DNA of 63,440 bases, counting the filler. It is 5 parts of 5 records of this genome, joined end to end, with 100 filler letters (N's around TTAATTAATTAA, not from the genome) between each part and the next. Parts side by side here need not be neighbours in the genome. Positions count along the whole stretch, not along the records: positions 18,230 to 37,059 come from SRR11831586_144; 4 more parts are not named here. One strand, given 5' to 3'. The position numbers and the translations under genes were made by a program. The notes beneath the pieces are model-generated. The model worked only from the letters and a program-made list of their open reading frames with translations, did no database searches and had not been told where the DNA came from. Position 1 is the first letter of the stretch, and each line of letters starts with the position of its first letter. Of this stretch, positions 18,997-34,814 are shown one piece after another.

Positions 18997-20019
18997 ATGT
19001 TTCAGCAGCAAAAAGACTGGGAAACAAGAGAAAACGCGTTTGCTGCTTTTACCATGGGACCGCTGACTGATTTCTGGCGTCAGCGTGATGAAGCAGAGTT
19101 TACTGGTGTGGATGACATTCCGGTGCGCTTTGTCCGTTTTCGCGCACAGCACCATGACCGGGTGGTAGTCATCTGCCCGGGGCGTATTGAGAGCTACGTA
19201 AAATATGCGGAACTGGCCTATGACCTGTTCCATTTGGGGTTTGATGTCTTAATCATCGACCATCGCGGGCAGGGACGTTCCGGTCGCCTGTTAGCCGATC
19301 CGCATCTCGGGCATGTTAATCGCTTTAATGATTATGTTGATGATCTGGCGGCATTCTGGCAGCAGGAGGTTCAGCCCGGTCCGTGGCGTAAACGCTATAT
19401 ACTGGCACATTCGATGGGCGGTGCGATCTCCACATTATTTCTGCAACGCCATCCAGGTGTATGTGACGCCATTGCGCTAACTGCGCCAATGTTTGGGATC
19501 GTGATTCGTATGCCGTCATTTATGGCACGGCAGATCCTCAACTGGGCCGAAGCGCATCCACGTTTCCGTGATGGCTATGCAATAGGCACCGGGCGCTGGC
19601 GCGCGTTGCCGTTTGCTATCAACGTACTGACCCACAGCAGACAGCGATATCGACGTAACTTACGCTTCTATGCTGATGACCCAACGATTCGCGTCGGTGG
19701 GCCGACCTACCATTGGGTACGCGAAAGTATTCTGGCTGGCGAACAGGTGTTAGCCGGTGCGGGTGATGACGCCACGCCAACGCTTCTCTTGCAGGCTGAA
19801 GAGGAACGCGTGGTGGATAACCGCATGCATGACCGTTTTTGTGAACTCCGCACCGCCGCGGGCCATCCTGTCGAAGGAGGACGGCCGTTGGTAATTAAAG
19901 GTGCTTACCATGAGATCCTTTTTGAAAAGGACGCAATGCGCTCAGTCGCGCTCCACGCCATCGTTGATTTTTTCAACAGGCATAACTCACCCAGCGGAAA
20001 CCGCTCTACAGAGGTTTAA
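18997..20019 (+). CDS. pldB: Lysophospholipase L2
   Basis: DHRGQGRS and AHSMGG hydrolase motifs. Confidence 0.96.
   Translation: MFQQQKDWETRENAFAAFTMGPLTDFWRQRDEAEFTGVDDIPVRFVRFRAQHHDRVVVICPGRIESYVKYAELAYDLFHLGFDVLIIDHRGQGRSGRLLADPHLGHVNRFNDYVDDLAAFWQQEVQPGPWRKRYILAHSMGGAISTLFLQRHPGVCDAIALTAPMFGIVIRMPSFMARQILNWAEAHPRFRDGYAIGTGRWRALPFAINVLTHSRQRYRRNLRFYADDPTIRVGGPTYHWVRESILAGEQVLAGAGDDATPTLLLQAEEERVVDNRMHDRFCELRTAAGHPVEGGRPLVIKGAYHEILFEKDAMRSVALHAIVDFFNRHNSPSGNRSTEV
19931..19950 (+). promoter_or_regulatory. Probable SgrS sRNA pairing site in the pldB 3' coding region
   Basis: ACGCAATGCGCTCAGTCGCG can pair with the SgrS seed GACUGAGUAUUGGUGU (recalled); SgrS is known to stabilise pldB-yigL mRNA. 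Confidence 0.55.
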
Positions 20020-20026
20020 ATTTCTT

Positions 20027-20827
20027 ATGTACCAGGTTGTTGCGTCTGATTTAGATGGCACGTTACTTTCTCCCGACCATACGTTATCCCCTTACGCCAA
20101 AGAAACTCTGAAGCTGCTCACCGCGCGCGGCATCAACTTTGTGTTTGCGACCGGTCGTCACCACGTTGATGTGGGGCAAATTCGCGATAATCTGGAGATT
20201 AAGTCTTACATGATTACCTCCAATGGTGCGCGCGTTCACGATCTGGATGGTAATCTGATTTTTGCTCATAACCTGGATCGCGACATTGCCAGCGATCTGT
20301 TTGGCGTAGTCAACGACAATCCGGACATCATTACTAACGTTTATCGCGACGACGAATGGTTTATGAATCGCCATCGCCCGGAAGAGATGCGCTTTTTTAA
20401 AGAAGCGGTGTTCCAATATGCGCTGTATGAGCCTGGATTACTGGAGCCGGAAGGCGTCAGCAAAGTGTTCTTCACCTGCGATTCCCATGAACAACTGCTG
20501 CCGCTGGAGCAGGCGATTAACGCTCGTTGGGGCGATCGCGTCAACGTCAGTTTCTCTACCTTAACCTGTCTGGAAGTGATGGCGGGCGGCGTTTCAAAAG
20601 GCCATGCGCTGGAAGCGGTGGCGAAGAAACTGGGCTACAGCCTGAAGGATTGTATTGCGTTTGGTGACGGGATGAACGACGCCGAAATGCTGTCGATGGC
20701 GGGGAAAGGCTGCATTATGGGCAGTGCGCACCAGCGTCTGAAAGACCTTCATCCCGAGCTGGAAGTGATTGGTACTAATGCCGACGACGCGGTGCCGCAT
20801 TATCTGCGTAAACTCTATTTATCGTAA
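20027..20827 (+). CDS. yigL: Cof-type HAD sugar/pyridoxal phosphate phosphatase
   Basis: SDLDGTLL, ATGR, FGDGMND motifs; ATG 20027, 266 aa. Confidence 0.96.
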   Translation: MYQVVASDLDGTLLSPDHTLSPYAKETLKLLTARGINFVFATGRHHVDVGQIRDNLEIKSYMITSNGARVHDLDGNLIFAHNLDRDIASDLFGVVNDNPDIITNVYRDDEWFMNRHRPEEMRFFKEAVFQYALYEPGLLEPEGVSKVFFTCDSHEQLLPLEQAINARWGDRVNVSFSTLTCLEVMAGGVSKGHALEAVAKKLGYSLKDCIAFGDGMNDAEMLSMAGKGCIMGSAHQRLKDLHPELEVIGTNADDAVPHYLRKLYLS

Positions 20828-20902
20828 TCGTTCTTTATTTGGTCAGTTGTCAACCTGATACTTCGCTACAATGGATACCCGTTAATCAAAGAGTTTTCCA
20901 TT

Positions 20903-21802
20903 GTGGCGCTACTTATCATCACCACGATTCTGTGGGCCTTCTCCTTTAGCTTTTATGGCGAGTACCTTGCGGGGCACGTCGATAGCTATTTTGCGGTGCT
21001 GGTGCGCGTTGGCCTGGCGGCACTCGTTTTTCTGCCGTTTCTGCGTACCCGTGGCAATAGCCTGAAAACGGTCGGCCTGTATATGCTGGTGGGCGCGATG
21101 CAGCTTGGCGTGATGTATATGCTGAGTTTCCGCGCTTATCTCTACCTGACGGTTTCCGAGCTGCTGCTGTTCACCGTGCTGACGCCGCTCTACATCACGC
21201 TGATTTATGACATCATGAGTAAGCGCCGTCTGCGCTGGGGCTATGCCTTTAGCGCCTTGCTGGCGGTGATTGGTGCCGGGATTATTCGCTATGATCAGGT
21301 CACCGACCATTTCTGGACTGGCTTGCTGCTGGTGCAACTCTCCAATATCACTTTTGCCATTGGCATGGTGGGTTACAAACGCCTGATGGAAACTCGCCCG
21401 ATGCCACAGCATAACGCCTTTGCGTGGTTCTATCTTGGCGCGTTTCTGGTGGCAGTGATTGCATGGTTCTTGCTGGGAAATGCGCAGAAAATGCCGCAAA
21501 CCACGCTGCAATGGGGCATTCTGGTGTTTCTTGGCGTGGTGGCTTCCGGGATTGGCTACTTTATGTGGAACTACGGCGCGACGCAGGTGGACGCCGGAAC
21601 GCTGGGCATTATGAATAATATGCACGTTCCGGCAGGGCTGCTGGTAAACCTGGCTATCTGGCACCAACAGCCGCACTGGCCAACGTTTATTACAGGCGCG
21701 CTGGTGATCCTGGCCTCACTGTGGGTGCATCGTAAGTGGGTCGCTCCGCGCTCTTCACAAACGGCAGATGATCGCAGGCGTGATTGCGCGCTGAGCGAAT
21801 AA
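20903..21802 (+). CDS. bioP: Biotin transporter (DMT/EamA family, yigM)
   Basis: 299 aa multi-pass membrane protein, GTG start; synteny. Confidence 0.92.
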
Positions 21803-22643
21803 ACGCTTCCGTAACTGGCTGACGCTGCTCGCCATCGCGCACGGCGGCGTACAGTCGGCTCCACAAGCCTTCGCCCAGGGTTTTGGTCACCACCAGACCC
21901 TGGCGCTCAAAACTCTCTACTACCCAATGCGGTAGCGCGGCAATACCCATCCGCGCGGCAACCATCTGAATCAACAATAAGGTGTTATCGACGCTTTTCA
22001 GTGACGGGCTGACGCCTGCCGGCTGAAGAAAATGCCGCCAGACATCCAGTCGACTACGCTGCACCGGATAAATTAATAGCGTCTCGCTGGCGAGATCTTC
22101 CGGTGTAATTCGCGTTTTCGCCGCCAGTGGATGGTCAGGTGCTAACACCAGACGCACTTCATAGTCGAACATCGGCGAATAATGCAGGCCACTGCGCGGC
22201 AGAATATCGGACGTCATTACCAGATCCAGCTCTCCCTGTTGCAAGGCGGGCTGCGGGTCAAATGTCACGCCCGATTTAAAATCCATCTCTACCTGCGGCC
22301 AGTTCTTATGGAAATTTTCTAACGCGGGTGTCAGCCACTGAATACAGCTATGGCACTCAATGGCAATGCGCAGACGCGTCTGCTGCGGTTCATTGCAGGC
22401 TTGCAGGGCCTGGCTAATTTGCGGCAGTACCTGGTTTGCCAGTTGCAACAGGATTTCTCCCTGCGGTGTAAAGCGTAGCGGCTGGCTCTTACGCACAAAT
22501 AGCCGGAAGCCAAGGCGTTGTTCCAGATCGCTAAACTGGTGAGACAGGGCGGATTGCGTCTGATGCAACGTCGCCGCAGCGGCTGCGAGCGAGCCGCAGT
22601 TCCGCAACGCTTGTAGCGTTTTCAGGTGTTTTACTTCGATCAT
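21690..22643 (-). CDS. metR: LysR-family activator MetR
   Basis: Lys[13 protein letters not shown] motif; divergent from metE. Confidence 0.97.
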
Positions 22644-22655
22644 GAAAGTCCTTCA
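22643..22655. promoter_or_regulatory. MetR binding site
   Basis: TGAA-N5-TTCA palindrome (TGAAAGTCCTTCA). Confidence 0.7.
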
Positions 22656-22706
22656 CTTCGGCATGAATAATTTGCGCTTGAGGAATATACAGTAACCGCC
22701 AATTAT

Positions 22707-22730
22707 GGATGTGTAAACATCTGGACGGCT
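22707..22730. promoter_or_regulatory. Three tandem MetJ boxes
   Basis: GGATGTGT-AAACATCT-GGACGGCT versus consensus AGACGTCT. Confidence 0.8.
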
Positions 22731-22879
22731 AAAATCCTTCGTCTTTTAAATTTATGGTGCGTTGGCTGCGTTTCTCCACCCCGGTCACTTACTTCAGTAA
22801 GCTCCCGGGGATGAATAAACTTGCCGCCTTCCCTAAATTCAAAATCCATAGGATTTACATATAATTAGAGGAAGAAAAA

Positions 22880-25141
22880 ATGACAATATTGAATCACACC
22901 CTCGGTTTCCCTCGCGTTGGCCTGCGTCGCGAGCTGAAAAAAGCGCAAGAAAGTTATTGGGCGGGGAACTCCACGCGTGAAGAACTGCTGGCGGTAGGGC
23001 GTGAATTGCGTGCTCGTCACTGGGATCAACAAAAGCAAGCGGGTATCGACCTGCTGCCGGTGGGCGATTTTGCCTGGTACGATCATGTACTGACCACCAG
23101 TCTGCTGCTGGGTAACGTTCCGGCGCGTCATCAGAACAAAGATGGTTCGGTAGATATCGACACCCTGTTCCGTATTGGTCGTGGACGTGCGCCGACTGGC
23201 GAACCTGCGGCGGCAGCGGAAATGACCAAATGGTTTAACACCAACTATCACTACATGGTGCCGGAGTTCGTTAAAGGCCAACAGTTCAAACTGACCTGGA
23301 CGCAGCTGCTGGACGAAGTGGACGAGGCGCTGGCGCTGGGCCACAAGGTGAAACCTGTGCTGCTGGGGCCGGTTACCTGGCTGTGGCTGGGGAAAGTGAA
23401 AGGTGAACAATTTGACCGCCTGAGCCTGCTGAACGACATTCTGCCGGTTTATCAGCAAGTGCTGGCAGAACTGGCGAAACGCGGCATCGAGTGGGTACAG
23501 ATTGATGAACCCGCGCTGGTACTGGAACTACCACAGGCGTGGCTGGACGCATACAAACCCGCTTACGACGCGCTCCAGGGACAGGTGAAACTGCTGCTGA
23601 CCACCTATTTTGAAGGCGTAACGCCAAATCTCGACACGATTACTGCGCTGCCTGTTCAGGGTCTGCATGTTGACCTCGTACATGGTAAAGATGACGTTGC
23701 TGAACTGCACAAGCGCCTGCCTTCTGACTGGTTGCTGTCTGCGGGTCTGATCAATGGTCGTAACGTCTGGCGCGCCGATCTTACCGAGAAATATGCGCAA
23801 ATTAAGGACATTGTCGGCAAACGTGATTTGTGGGTGGCATCTTCCTGCTCGTTGCTGCACAGCCCCATCGACCTGAGCGTGGAAACGCGTCTTGATGCAG
23901 AAGTGAAAAGCTGGTTTGCCTTCGCCCTACAAAAATGCCATGAACTGGCACTGCTGCGCGATGCGCTGAACAGTGGTGACACGGCAGCTCTGGCAGAGTG
24001 GAGCGCCCCGATTCAGGCACGTCGTCACTCTACCCGCGTACATAATCCGGCGGTAGAAAAGCGTCTGGCGGCGATCACCGCCCAGGACAGCCAGCGTGCG
24101 AATGTCTATGAAGTGCGTGCTGAAGCCCAGCGTGCGCGTTTTAAACTGCCAGCGTGGCCGACCACCACGATTGGTTCCTTCCCGCAAACCACGGAAATTC
24201 GTACCCTGCGTCTGGATTTCAAAAAGGGCAATCTCGACGCCAACAACTACCGCACGGGCATTGCGGAACATATCAAGCAGGCCATTGTTGAGCAGGAACG
24301 TTTGGGACTGGATGTGCTGGTACATGGCGAGGCCGAGCGTAATGACATGGTGGAATACTTTGGCGAGCACCTCGACGGATTTGTCTTTACGCAAAACGGT
24401 TGGGTACAGAGCTACGGTTCCCGCTGCGTGAAGCCACCGATTGTCATTGGTGACATTAGCCGCCCGGCACCGATTACCGTGGAGTGGGCGAAGTATGCGC
24501 AATCGCTGACCGACAAACCGGTGAAAGGGATGCTGACGGGGCCGGTGACCATACTCTGCTGGTCGTTCCCGCGTGAAGATGTCAGCCGTGAAACCATCGC
24601 CAAACAGATTGCGCTGGCGCTGCGTGATGAAGTGGCCGATCTGGAAGCCGCTGGAATTGGCATCATCCAGATTGACGAACCGGCGCTGCGCGAAGGTTTA
24701 CCGCTGCGTCGTAGCGACTGGGATGCGTATCTCCAGTGGGGCGTAGAGGCCTTCCGTATCAACGCCGCCGTGGCGAAAGATGACACACAAATCCACACTC
24801 ACATGTGTTATTGCGAGTTCAACGACATCATGGATTCGATTGCGGCGCTGGACGCAGACGTCATCACCATCGAAACCTCGCGTTCCGACATGGAGTTGCT
24901 GGAGTCGTTTGAAGAGTTTGATTATCCAAATGAAATCGGTCCTGGCGTCTATGACATTCACTCGCCAAACGTACCGAGCGTGGAATGGATTGAAGCCTTG
25001 CTGAAGAAAGCGGCAAAACGCATTCCGGCAGAGCGCCTGTGGGTCAACCCGGACTGTGGCCTGAAAACGCGCGGCTGGCCAGAAACCCGCGCGGCACTGG
25101 CGAACATGGTGCAGGCGGCGCAGAACTTGCGTCGGGGGTAA
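22880..25141 (+). CDS. metE: Cobalamin-independent methionine synthase
   Basis: 753 aa, [14 protein letters not shown] and NPDCGLK zinc-ligand motifs. Confidence 0.98.
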
Positions 25142-25148
25142 AATCCAA

Positions 25149-25176
25149 ACCGGGTGGTAATACCACCCGGTCTTTT
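25149..25176. terminator. Terminator between metE and ysgA
   Basis: ACCGGGTGGTA-A-TACCACCCGGT followed by CTTTT. Confidence 0.8.
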
Positions 25177-25180
25177 CTCA

Positions 25181-25996
25181 TTACAGCGACTTCTTCCCAC
25201 CATACTGCTTAAACCATTCCAGCATACGCTGCCAGCCATCTTCTGCAGATGCGGCATGATAGCTCGGGCGATAATCAGCGTTGAATGCATGCCCGGCGTC
25301 CGGGTACACGATAATCTCTGCTTTCGCATTAGCAGCCCGCAGCGCCTGGCGCATGGTTTCAACGCTCTCCTGCGGAATGCTGTTATCCTGACCACCATAT
25401 AAGCCGAGAATCGGCGCGTTAAGATCGGTTGCGATATCAACAGGTTGTTTCGGTGAATTCAGCGACTTGTCGCCCGTCAGTTTGCCGTACCACGCCACTG
25501 CGGCTTTTAGCTGTGGATTATGCGCGGCATACAGCCAGGTGATACGTCCACCCCAGCAGAATCCGGTGATCATTAAACGATGAACATCGCCGCCGTTGCG
25601 GGAAGCCCAACTGGCGACATGATCGAGATCGGCCAGCACCTGCGAGTCAGGCACTTTTGCTACCAGACCGCTAAGCAACGTGGGGATATCGGCAAAATCA
25701 TTCGGATCGCCTTCGCGGAAGTAAAGTTCAGGTGCGATAGCCAGATACCCCTCCAGCGCCAGACGGCGACAAATGTCGCGGATATGTTCATGCACGCCAA
25801 AAATTTCCTGCACTACAATGACCACTGGCAGTGGGCCATCGCTTTGCTTTGGTCTGGCATGGTAAGCAGGCATGTTATCCCCTTGTGAAGGGATAGAGGT
25901 GAAGCCCGCCACAATCGCGTCGTCCGGGGTCTGAACGATGGTCGAAGCGAGAGGCGATGCAGCAGGTGCAAATCCAGATTGTTGTGTTGTTGCCAT
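25181..25996 (-). CDS. ysgA: Dienelactone hydrolase family protein
   Basis: QEIFG, GFCWGG, GHAF motifs; ATG 25996 with SD GGAG. Confidence 0.93.
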   Translation of the reverse strand: MATTQQSGFAPAASPLASTIVQTPDDAIVAGFTSIPSQGDNMPAYHARPKQSDGPLPVVIVVQEIFGVHEHIRDICRRLALEGYLAIAPELYFREGDPNDFADIPTLLSGLVAKVPDSQVLADLDHVASWASRNGGDVHRLMITGFCWGGRITWLYAAHNPQLKAAVAWYGKLTGDKSLNSPKQPVDIATDLNAPILGLYGGQDNSIPQESVETMRQALRAANAKAEIIVYPDAGHAFNADYRPSYHAASAEDGWQRMLEWFKQYGGKKSL

Positions 25997-26116
25997 GGTA
26001 TTCTCCGTACCCTTATAAAAATGTTGCGCAATGTTAACTATAGTCAGCATGCAACAAATCACATTGCCTGAATCGGCTCATCTTTTATGCAGTCCTGCAG
26101 AATGAAGGGTGATTTA

Positions 26117-26184
26117 TGTGATTTGCATCACTTTTGGTGGGTAAATTTATGCAACGCATTTGCGTCATGGTGATGAGTATCACG
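26117..26184 (+). promoter_or_regulatory. CRP-CytR-CRP control region of udp
   Basis: TGTGA-N6-TCACT (26117) and GGTGA-N6-TCACG (26169) 52 bp apart, TATGCAAC...TTTGCGT between them. Confidence 0.8.
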
Positions 26185-26257
26185 AAAAAATGTTAAACCC
26201 TTCGGTAAAGTGTCTTTTTGCTTCTTCTGACTAAACCGATTCACAGAGGAGTTGTAT

Positions 26258-27019
26258 ATGTCCAAGTCTGATGTTTTTCATCTCGGCCTCACTAAAAACG
26301 ATTTACAAGGGGCTACGCTTGCCATCGTCCCTGGCGACCCGGATCGTGTGGAAAAGATCGCCGCGCTGATGGATAAGCCGGTTAAGCTGGCATCTCACCG
26401 CGAATTCACTACCTGGCGTGCAGAGCTGGATGGTAAACCTGTTATCGTCTGCTCTACCGGTATCGGCGGCCCGTCTACCTCTATTGCTGTTGAAGAGCTG
26501 GCACAGCTGGGCATTCGCACCTTCCTGCGTATCGGTACAACGGGCGCTATTCAGCCGCATATTAATGTGGGTGATGTCCTGGTTACCACGGCGTCTGTCC
26601 GTCTGGATGGCGCGAGCCTGCACTTCGCACCGCTGGAATTCCCGGCTGTCGCTGATTTCGAATGTACGACTGCGCTGGTTGAAGCTGCGAAATCCATTGG
26701 CGCGACAACTCACGTTGGCGTGACAGCTTCTTCTGATACCTTCTACCCAGGTCAGGAACGTTACGATACTTACTCTGGTCGCGTAGTTCGTCACTTTAAA
26801 GGTTCTATGGAAGAGTGGCAGGCGATGGGCGTAATGAACTATGAAATGGAATCTGCAACCCTGCTGACCATGTGTGCAAGTCAGGGCCTGCGTGCCGGTA
26901 TGGTAGCGGGTGTTATCGTTAACCGCACCCAGCAAGAGATCCCGAATGCTGAGACGATGAAACAAACCGAAAGCCATGCGGTGAAAATCGTGGTGGAAGC
27001 GGCGCGTCGTCTGCTGTAA
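26258..27019 (+). CDS. udp: Uridine phosphorylase
   Basis: [19 protein letters not shown] motifs; 253 aa. Confidence 0.98.
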   Translation: MSKSDVFHLGLTKNDLQGATLAIVPGDPDRVEKIAALMDKPVKLASHREFTTWRAELDGKPVIVCSTGIGGPSTSIAVEELAQLGIRTFLRIGTTGAIQPHINVGDVLVTTASVRLDGASLHFAPLEFPAVADFECTTALVEAAKSIGATTHVGVTASSDTFYPGQERYDTYSGRVVRHFKGSMEEWQAMGVMNYEMESATLLTMCASQGLRAGMVAGVIVNRTQQEIPNAETMKQTESHAVKIVVEAARRLL

Positions 27020-27036
27020 TTCTCTTCTCCTGTCTG

Positions 27037-27068
27037 AAGGCCGACGCGTTCGGCCTTTTGTATTTTTG
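27037..27068 (+). terminator. udp intrinsic terminator
   Basis: AAGGCCGA-CGCGT-TCGGCCTTTTGTATTTTT. Confidence 0.85.
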
Positions 27069-27098
27069 CGTAGCGCCTCGCAGGAAATGCCTTTCCAA

Positions 27099-27114
27099 CT
27101 GGACGTTTGTACAG
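27099..27114. promoter_or_regulatory. LexA (SOS) box upstream of rmuC
   Basis: CTG-N10-CAG (CTGGACGTTTGTACAG); rmuC is a known SOS gene. Confidence 0.75.
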
Positions 27115-27159
27115 CACAATTCTATTTTGTGCGGGTAAGTTGTTGCGTCAGGAGGCGTT

Positions 27160-28587
27160 GTGGATTTCTCAATCATGGTTTACGCAGTTATTGCGTTGGT
27201 GGGTGTGGCAATTGGCTGGCTGTTTGCCAGTTATCAACATGCGCAGCAAAAAGCCGAGCAATTAGCTGAACGTGAAGAGATGGTCGCGGAGTTAAGCGCG
27301 GCAAAACAACAAATTACCCAAAGCGAGCACTGGCGTGCAGAGTGCGAGTTACTCAATAACGAAGTGCGCAGCCTGCAAAGTATTAACACCTCTCTGGAGG
27401 CCGATCTGCGTGAAGTAACCACGCGGATGGAAGCCGCACAGCAACATGCTGACGATAAAATTCGCCAGATGATTAACAGCGAGCAGCGCCTCAGTGAGCA
27501 GTTTGAAAACCTCGCCAACCGTATTTTTGAGCACAGCAATCGCCGGGTTGATGAGCAAAACCGTCAGAGTCTGAACAGCCTGTTGTCGCCGCTACGTGAA
27601 CAACTGGACGGTTTCCGCCGTCAGGTTCAGGACAGCTTCGGTAAAGAAGCACAAGAACGCCATACCCTGACCCACGAAATTCGCAATCTCCAGCAACTCA
27701 ACGCGCAAATGGCCCAGGAAGCGATCAACCTGACGCGCGCGCTGAAAGGCGACAATAAAACCCAGGGCAACTGGGGCGAGGTAGTATTGACGCGGGTGCT
27801 GGAGGCTTCCGGTCTGCGTGAAGGGTATGAATATGAAACCCAGGTCAGCATCGAAAATGACGCCCGCTCGCGGATGCAGCCGGATGTCATCGTGCGCCTG
27901 CCGCAGGGAAAAGATGTGGTGATCGACGCCAAAATGACGCTGGTCGCCTATGAACGCTATTTTAACGCCGAAGACGACTACACCCGCGAAAGCGCGCTAC
28001 AGGAACATATCGCGTCGGTGCGTAACCATATCCGTTTGCTGGGACGCAAAGATTATCAACAGCTGCCGGGGCTGCGAACTCTGGATTACGTGCTGATGTT
28101 TATTCCCGTTGAACCCGCTTTTTTACTGGCGCTTGACCGCCAGCCGGAGCTGATCACCGAAGCGTTGAAAAACAACATCATGCTGGTTAGCCCGACTACG
28201 CTGCTGGTGGCGCTGCGCACTATCGCCAACCTGTGGCGTTATGAGCATCAAAGCCGCAACGCCCAGCAAATCGCCGATCGTGCCAGCAAGCTGTACGACA
28301 AGATGCGTTTGTTCATCGATGACATGTCCGCGATTGGTCAAAGTCTCGACAAAGCGCAGGATAATTATCGGCAGGCAATGAAAAAACTCTCTTCAGGGCG
28401 CGGAAATGTGCTGGCGCAGGCAGAAGCGTTTCGCGGTTTAGGAGTAGAAATTAAACGCGAGATTAATCCGGATTTGGCTGAACAGGCGGTGAGCCAGGAT
28501 GAAGAGTATCGACTTCGGTCGGTTCCGGAGCAGCCGAATGATGAAGCTTATCAACGCGATGATGAATATAATCAGCAGTCGCGCTAG
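27160..28587 (+). CDS. rmuC: DNA recombination-limiting protein RmuC
   Basis: N-terminal TM, coiled coil, GNWGE and PD...IDAK nuclease-like motif. Confidence 0.96.
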   Translation: MDFSIMVYAVIALVGVAIGWLFASYQHAQQKAEQLAEREEMVAELSAAKQQITQSEHWRAECELLNNEVRSLQSINTSLEADLREVTTRMEAAQQHADDKIRQMINSEQRLSEQFENLANRIFEHSNRRVDEQNRQSLNSLLSPLREQLDGFRRQVQDSFGKEAQERHTLTHEIRNLQQLNAQMAQEAINLTRALKGDNKTQGNWGEVVLTRVLEASGLREGYEYETQVSIENDARSRMQPDVIVRLPQGKDVVIDAKMTLVAYERYFNAEDDYTRESALQEHIASVRNHIRLLGRKDYQQLPGLRTLDYVLMFIPVEPAFLLALDRQPELITEALKNNIMLVSPTTLLVALRTIANLWRYEHQSRNAQQIADRASKLYDKMRLFIDDMSAIGQSLDKAQDNYRQAMKKLSSGRGNVLAQAEAFRGLGVEIKREINPDLAEQAVSQDEEYRLRSVPEQPNDEAYQRDDEYNQQSR

Positions 28588-28681
28588 CCCATTGGGAGTA
28601 GTTAAGCCGGGTAGAAATCTAGGGCATCGACGCCCAATCTGTTACACTTCTGGAACAATTTTTTGATGAGCAGGCATTGAG

Positions 28682-29437
28682 ATGGTGGATAAGTCACAAG
28701 AAACGACGCACTTTGGTTTTCAGACCGTCGCGAAGGAACAAAAAGCGGATATGGTCGCCCACGTTTTCCATTCCGTGGCATCAAAATACGATGTCATGAA
28801 TGATTTGATGTCATTTGGTATTCATCGTTTGTGGAAGCGATTCACGATTGATTGCAGCGGCGTACGCCGTGGGCAGACCGTGCTGGATCTGGCTGGTGGC
28901 ACCGGCGACCTGACAGCGAAATTCTCCCGCCTGGTCGGAGAAACTGGCAAAGTGGTCCTTGCTGATATCAATGAATCCATGCTCAAAATGGGCCGCGAGA
29001 AGCTGCGTAATATCGGTGTGATTGGCAACGTTGAGTATGTTCAGGCGAACGCTGAGGCGCTGCCGTTCCCGGATAACACCTTTGATTGCATCACCATTTC
29101 GTTTGGTCTGCGTAACGTCACCGACAAAGATAAAGCACTGCGTTCAATGTATCGCGTGCTGAAACCCGGCGGCCGCCTGCTGGTGCTTGAGTTCTCGAAG
29201 CCAATTATCGAGCCGCTGAGCAAAGCCTATGATGCATACTCCTTCCATGTGCTGCCGCGTATTGGCTCACTGGTCGCGAACGACGCCGACAGCTACCGTT
29301 ATCTGGCAGAATCCATCCGTATGCATCCCGATCAGGATACCCTGAAAGCCATGATGCAGGATGCCGGATTCGAAAGTGTCGACTACTACAATCTGACGGC
29401 AGGGGTTGTGGCGCTGCATCGTGGTTATAAGTTCTGA
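28682..29437 (+). CDS. ubiE: Ubiquinone/menaquinone C-methyltransferase
   Basis: [29 protein letters not shown] motif. Confidence 0.98.
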
Positions 29438-29450
29438 CAGGAGACCGGAA

Positions 29451-31693
<2,243 letters not shown>

Positions 31694-31771
31694 TTTTTTC
31701 ATCGCTCAAGGCGGGCCGTGTAACGTATAATGCGGCTTTGTTTAATCATCATCTACCACAGAGGAACATGT

Positions 31772-32041
31772 ATGGGTGGTATCAGTATTTGGCAGTTATT
31801 GATTATTGCCGTCATCGTTGTACTGCTTTTTGGCACCAAAAAGCTCGGCTCCATCGGTTCCGATCTTGGTGCGTCGATCAAAGGCTTTAAAAAAGCAATG
31901 AGCGATGATGAACCAAAGCAGGATAAAACCAGTCAGGATGCTGATTTTACTGCGAAAACTATCGCCGATAAGCAGGCGGATACGAATCAGGAACAGGCTA
32001 AAACAGAAGACGCGAAGCGCCACGATAAAGAGCAGGTGTAA
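31772..32041 (+). CDS. tatA: Tat translocase subunit A
   Basis: [25 protein letters not shown]; 89 aa; TATAAT at 31726-31731. Confidence 0.97.
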   Translation: MGGISIWQLLIIAVIVVLLFGTKKLGSIGSDLGASIKGFKKAMSDDEPKQDKTSQDADFTAKTIADKQADTNQEQAKTEDAKRHDKEQV

Positions 32042-32044
32042 TCC

Positions 32045-32560
32045 GTGTTTGATATCGGTTTTAGCGAACTGCTATTGGTGTTCATCATCGGCCTCGTCGT
32101 TCTGGGGCCGCAACGACTGCCTGTGGCGGTAAAAACGGTAGCGGGCTGGATTCGCGCGTTGCGTTCACTGGCGACAACGGTGCAGAACGAACTGACCCAG
32201 GAGTTAAAACTCCAGGAGTTTCAGGACAGTCTGAAAAAGGTTGAAAAGGCGAGCCTCACTAACCTGACGCCCGAACTGAAAGCGTCGATGGATGAACTAC
32301 GCCAGGCCGCGGAGTCGATGAAGCGTTCCTACGTTGCAAACGATCCTGAAAAGGCGAGCGATGAAGCGCACACCATCCATAACCCGGTGGTGAAAGATAA
32401 TGAAGCTGCGCATGAGGGCGTAACGCCTGCCGCTGCACAAACGCAGGCCAGTTCGCCGGAACAGAAGCCAGAAACCACGCCAGAGCCGGTGGTAAAACCT
32501 GCTGCGGACGCTGAACCGAAAACCGCTGCACCTTCCCCTTCGTCGAGTGATAAACCGTAA
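32045..32560 (+). CDS. tatB: Tat translocase subunit B
   Basis: [26 protein letters not shown]. Confidence 0.97.
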
Positions 32561-32562
32561 AC

Positions 32563-33339
32563 ATGTCTGTAGAAGATACTCAACCGCTTATCACGCATCT
32601 GATTGAGCTGCGTAAGCGTCTGCTGAACTGCATTATCGCGGTGATCGTGATATTCCTGTGTCTGGTCTATTTCGCCAATGACATCTATCACCTGGTATCC
32701 GCGCCATTGATCAAGCAGTTGCCGCAAGGTTCAACGATGATCGCCACCGACGTGGCCTCGCCGTTCTTTACGCCGATCAAGCTGACCTTTATGGTGTCGC
32801 TGATTCTGTCAGCGCCGGTGATTCTCTATCAGGTGTGGGCATTTATCGCCCCAGCGCTGTATAAGCATGAACGTCGCCTGGTGGTGCCGCTGCTGGTTTC
32901 CAGCTCTCTGCTGTTTTATATCGGCATGGCATTCGCCTACTTTGTGGTCTTTCCGCTGGCATTTGGCTTCCTTGCCAATACCGCGCCGGAAGGGGTGCAG
33001 GTATCCACCGACATCGCCAGCTATTTAAGCTTCGTTATGGCGCTGTTTATGGCGTTTGGTGTCTCCTTTGAAGTGCCGGTAGCAATTGTGCTGCTGTGCT
33101 GGATGGGGATTACCTCGCCAGAAGACTTACGCAAAAAACGCCCGTATGTGCTGGTTGGTGCATTCGTTGTCGGGATGTTGCTGACGCCGCCGGATGTCTT
33201 CTCGCAAACGCTGTTGGCGATCCCGATGTACTGTCTGTTTGAAATCGGTGTCTTCTTCTCACGCTTTTACGTTGGTAAAGGGCGAAATCGGGAAGAGGAA
33301 AACGACGCTGAAGCAGAAAGCGAAAAAACTGAAGAATAA
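32563..33339 (+). CDS. tatC: Tat translocase subunit C
   Basis: [23 protein letters not shown] motifs. Confidence 0.97.
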
Positions 33340-33342
33340 ATT

Positions 33343-33364
33343 CAACCGCCCGTCAGGGCGGTTG
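33343..33364 (+). other. tatC-tatD intercistronic hairpin
   Basis: CAACCGCCC-GTCA-GGGCGGTTG. Confidence 0.7.
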
Positions 33365-33380
33365 TCATATGGAGTACAGG

Positions 33381-34693
<1,313 letters not shown>

Positions 34694-34814
34694 TTACGCT
34701 AAGTTAATTATATTCCCCGGTTTGCGTTATACCGTCAGAGTTCACGCTAATTTAACAAATTTACAGCATCGCAAAGATGAACGCCGTATAATGGGCGCAG
34801 ATTAAGAGGCTACA

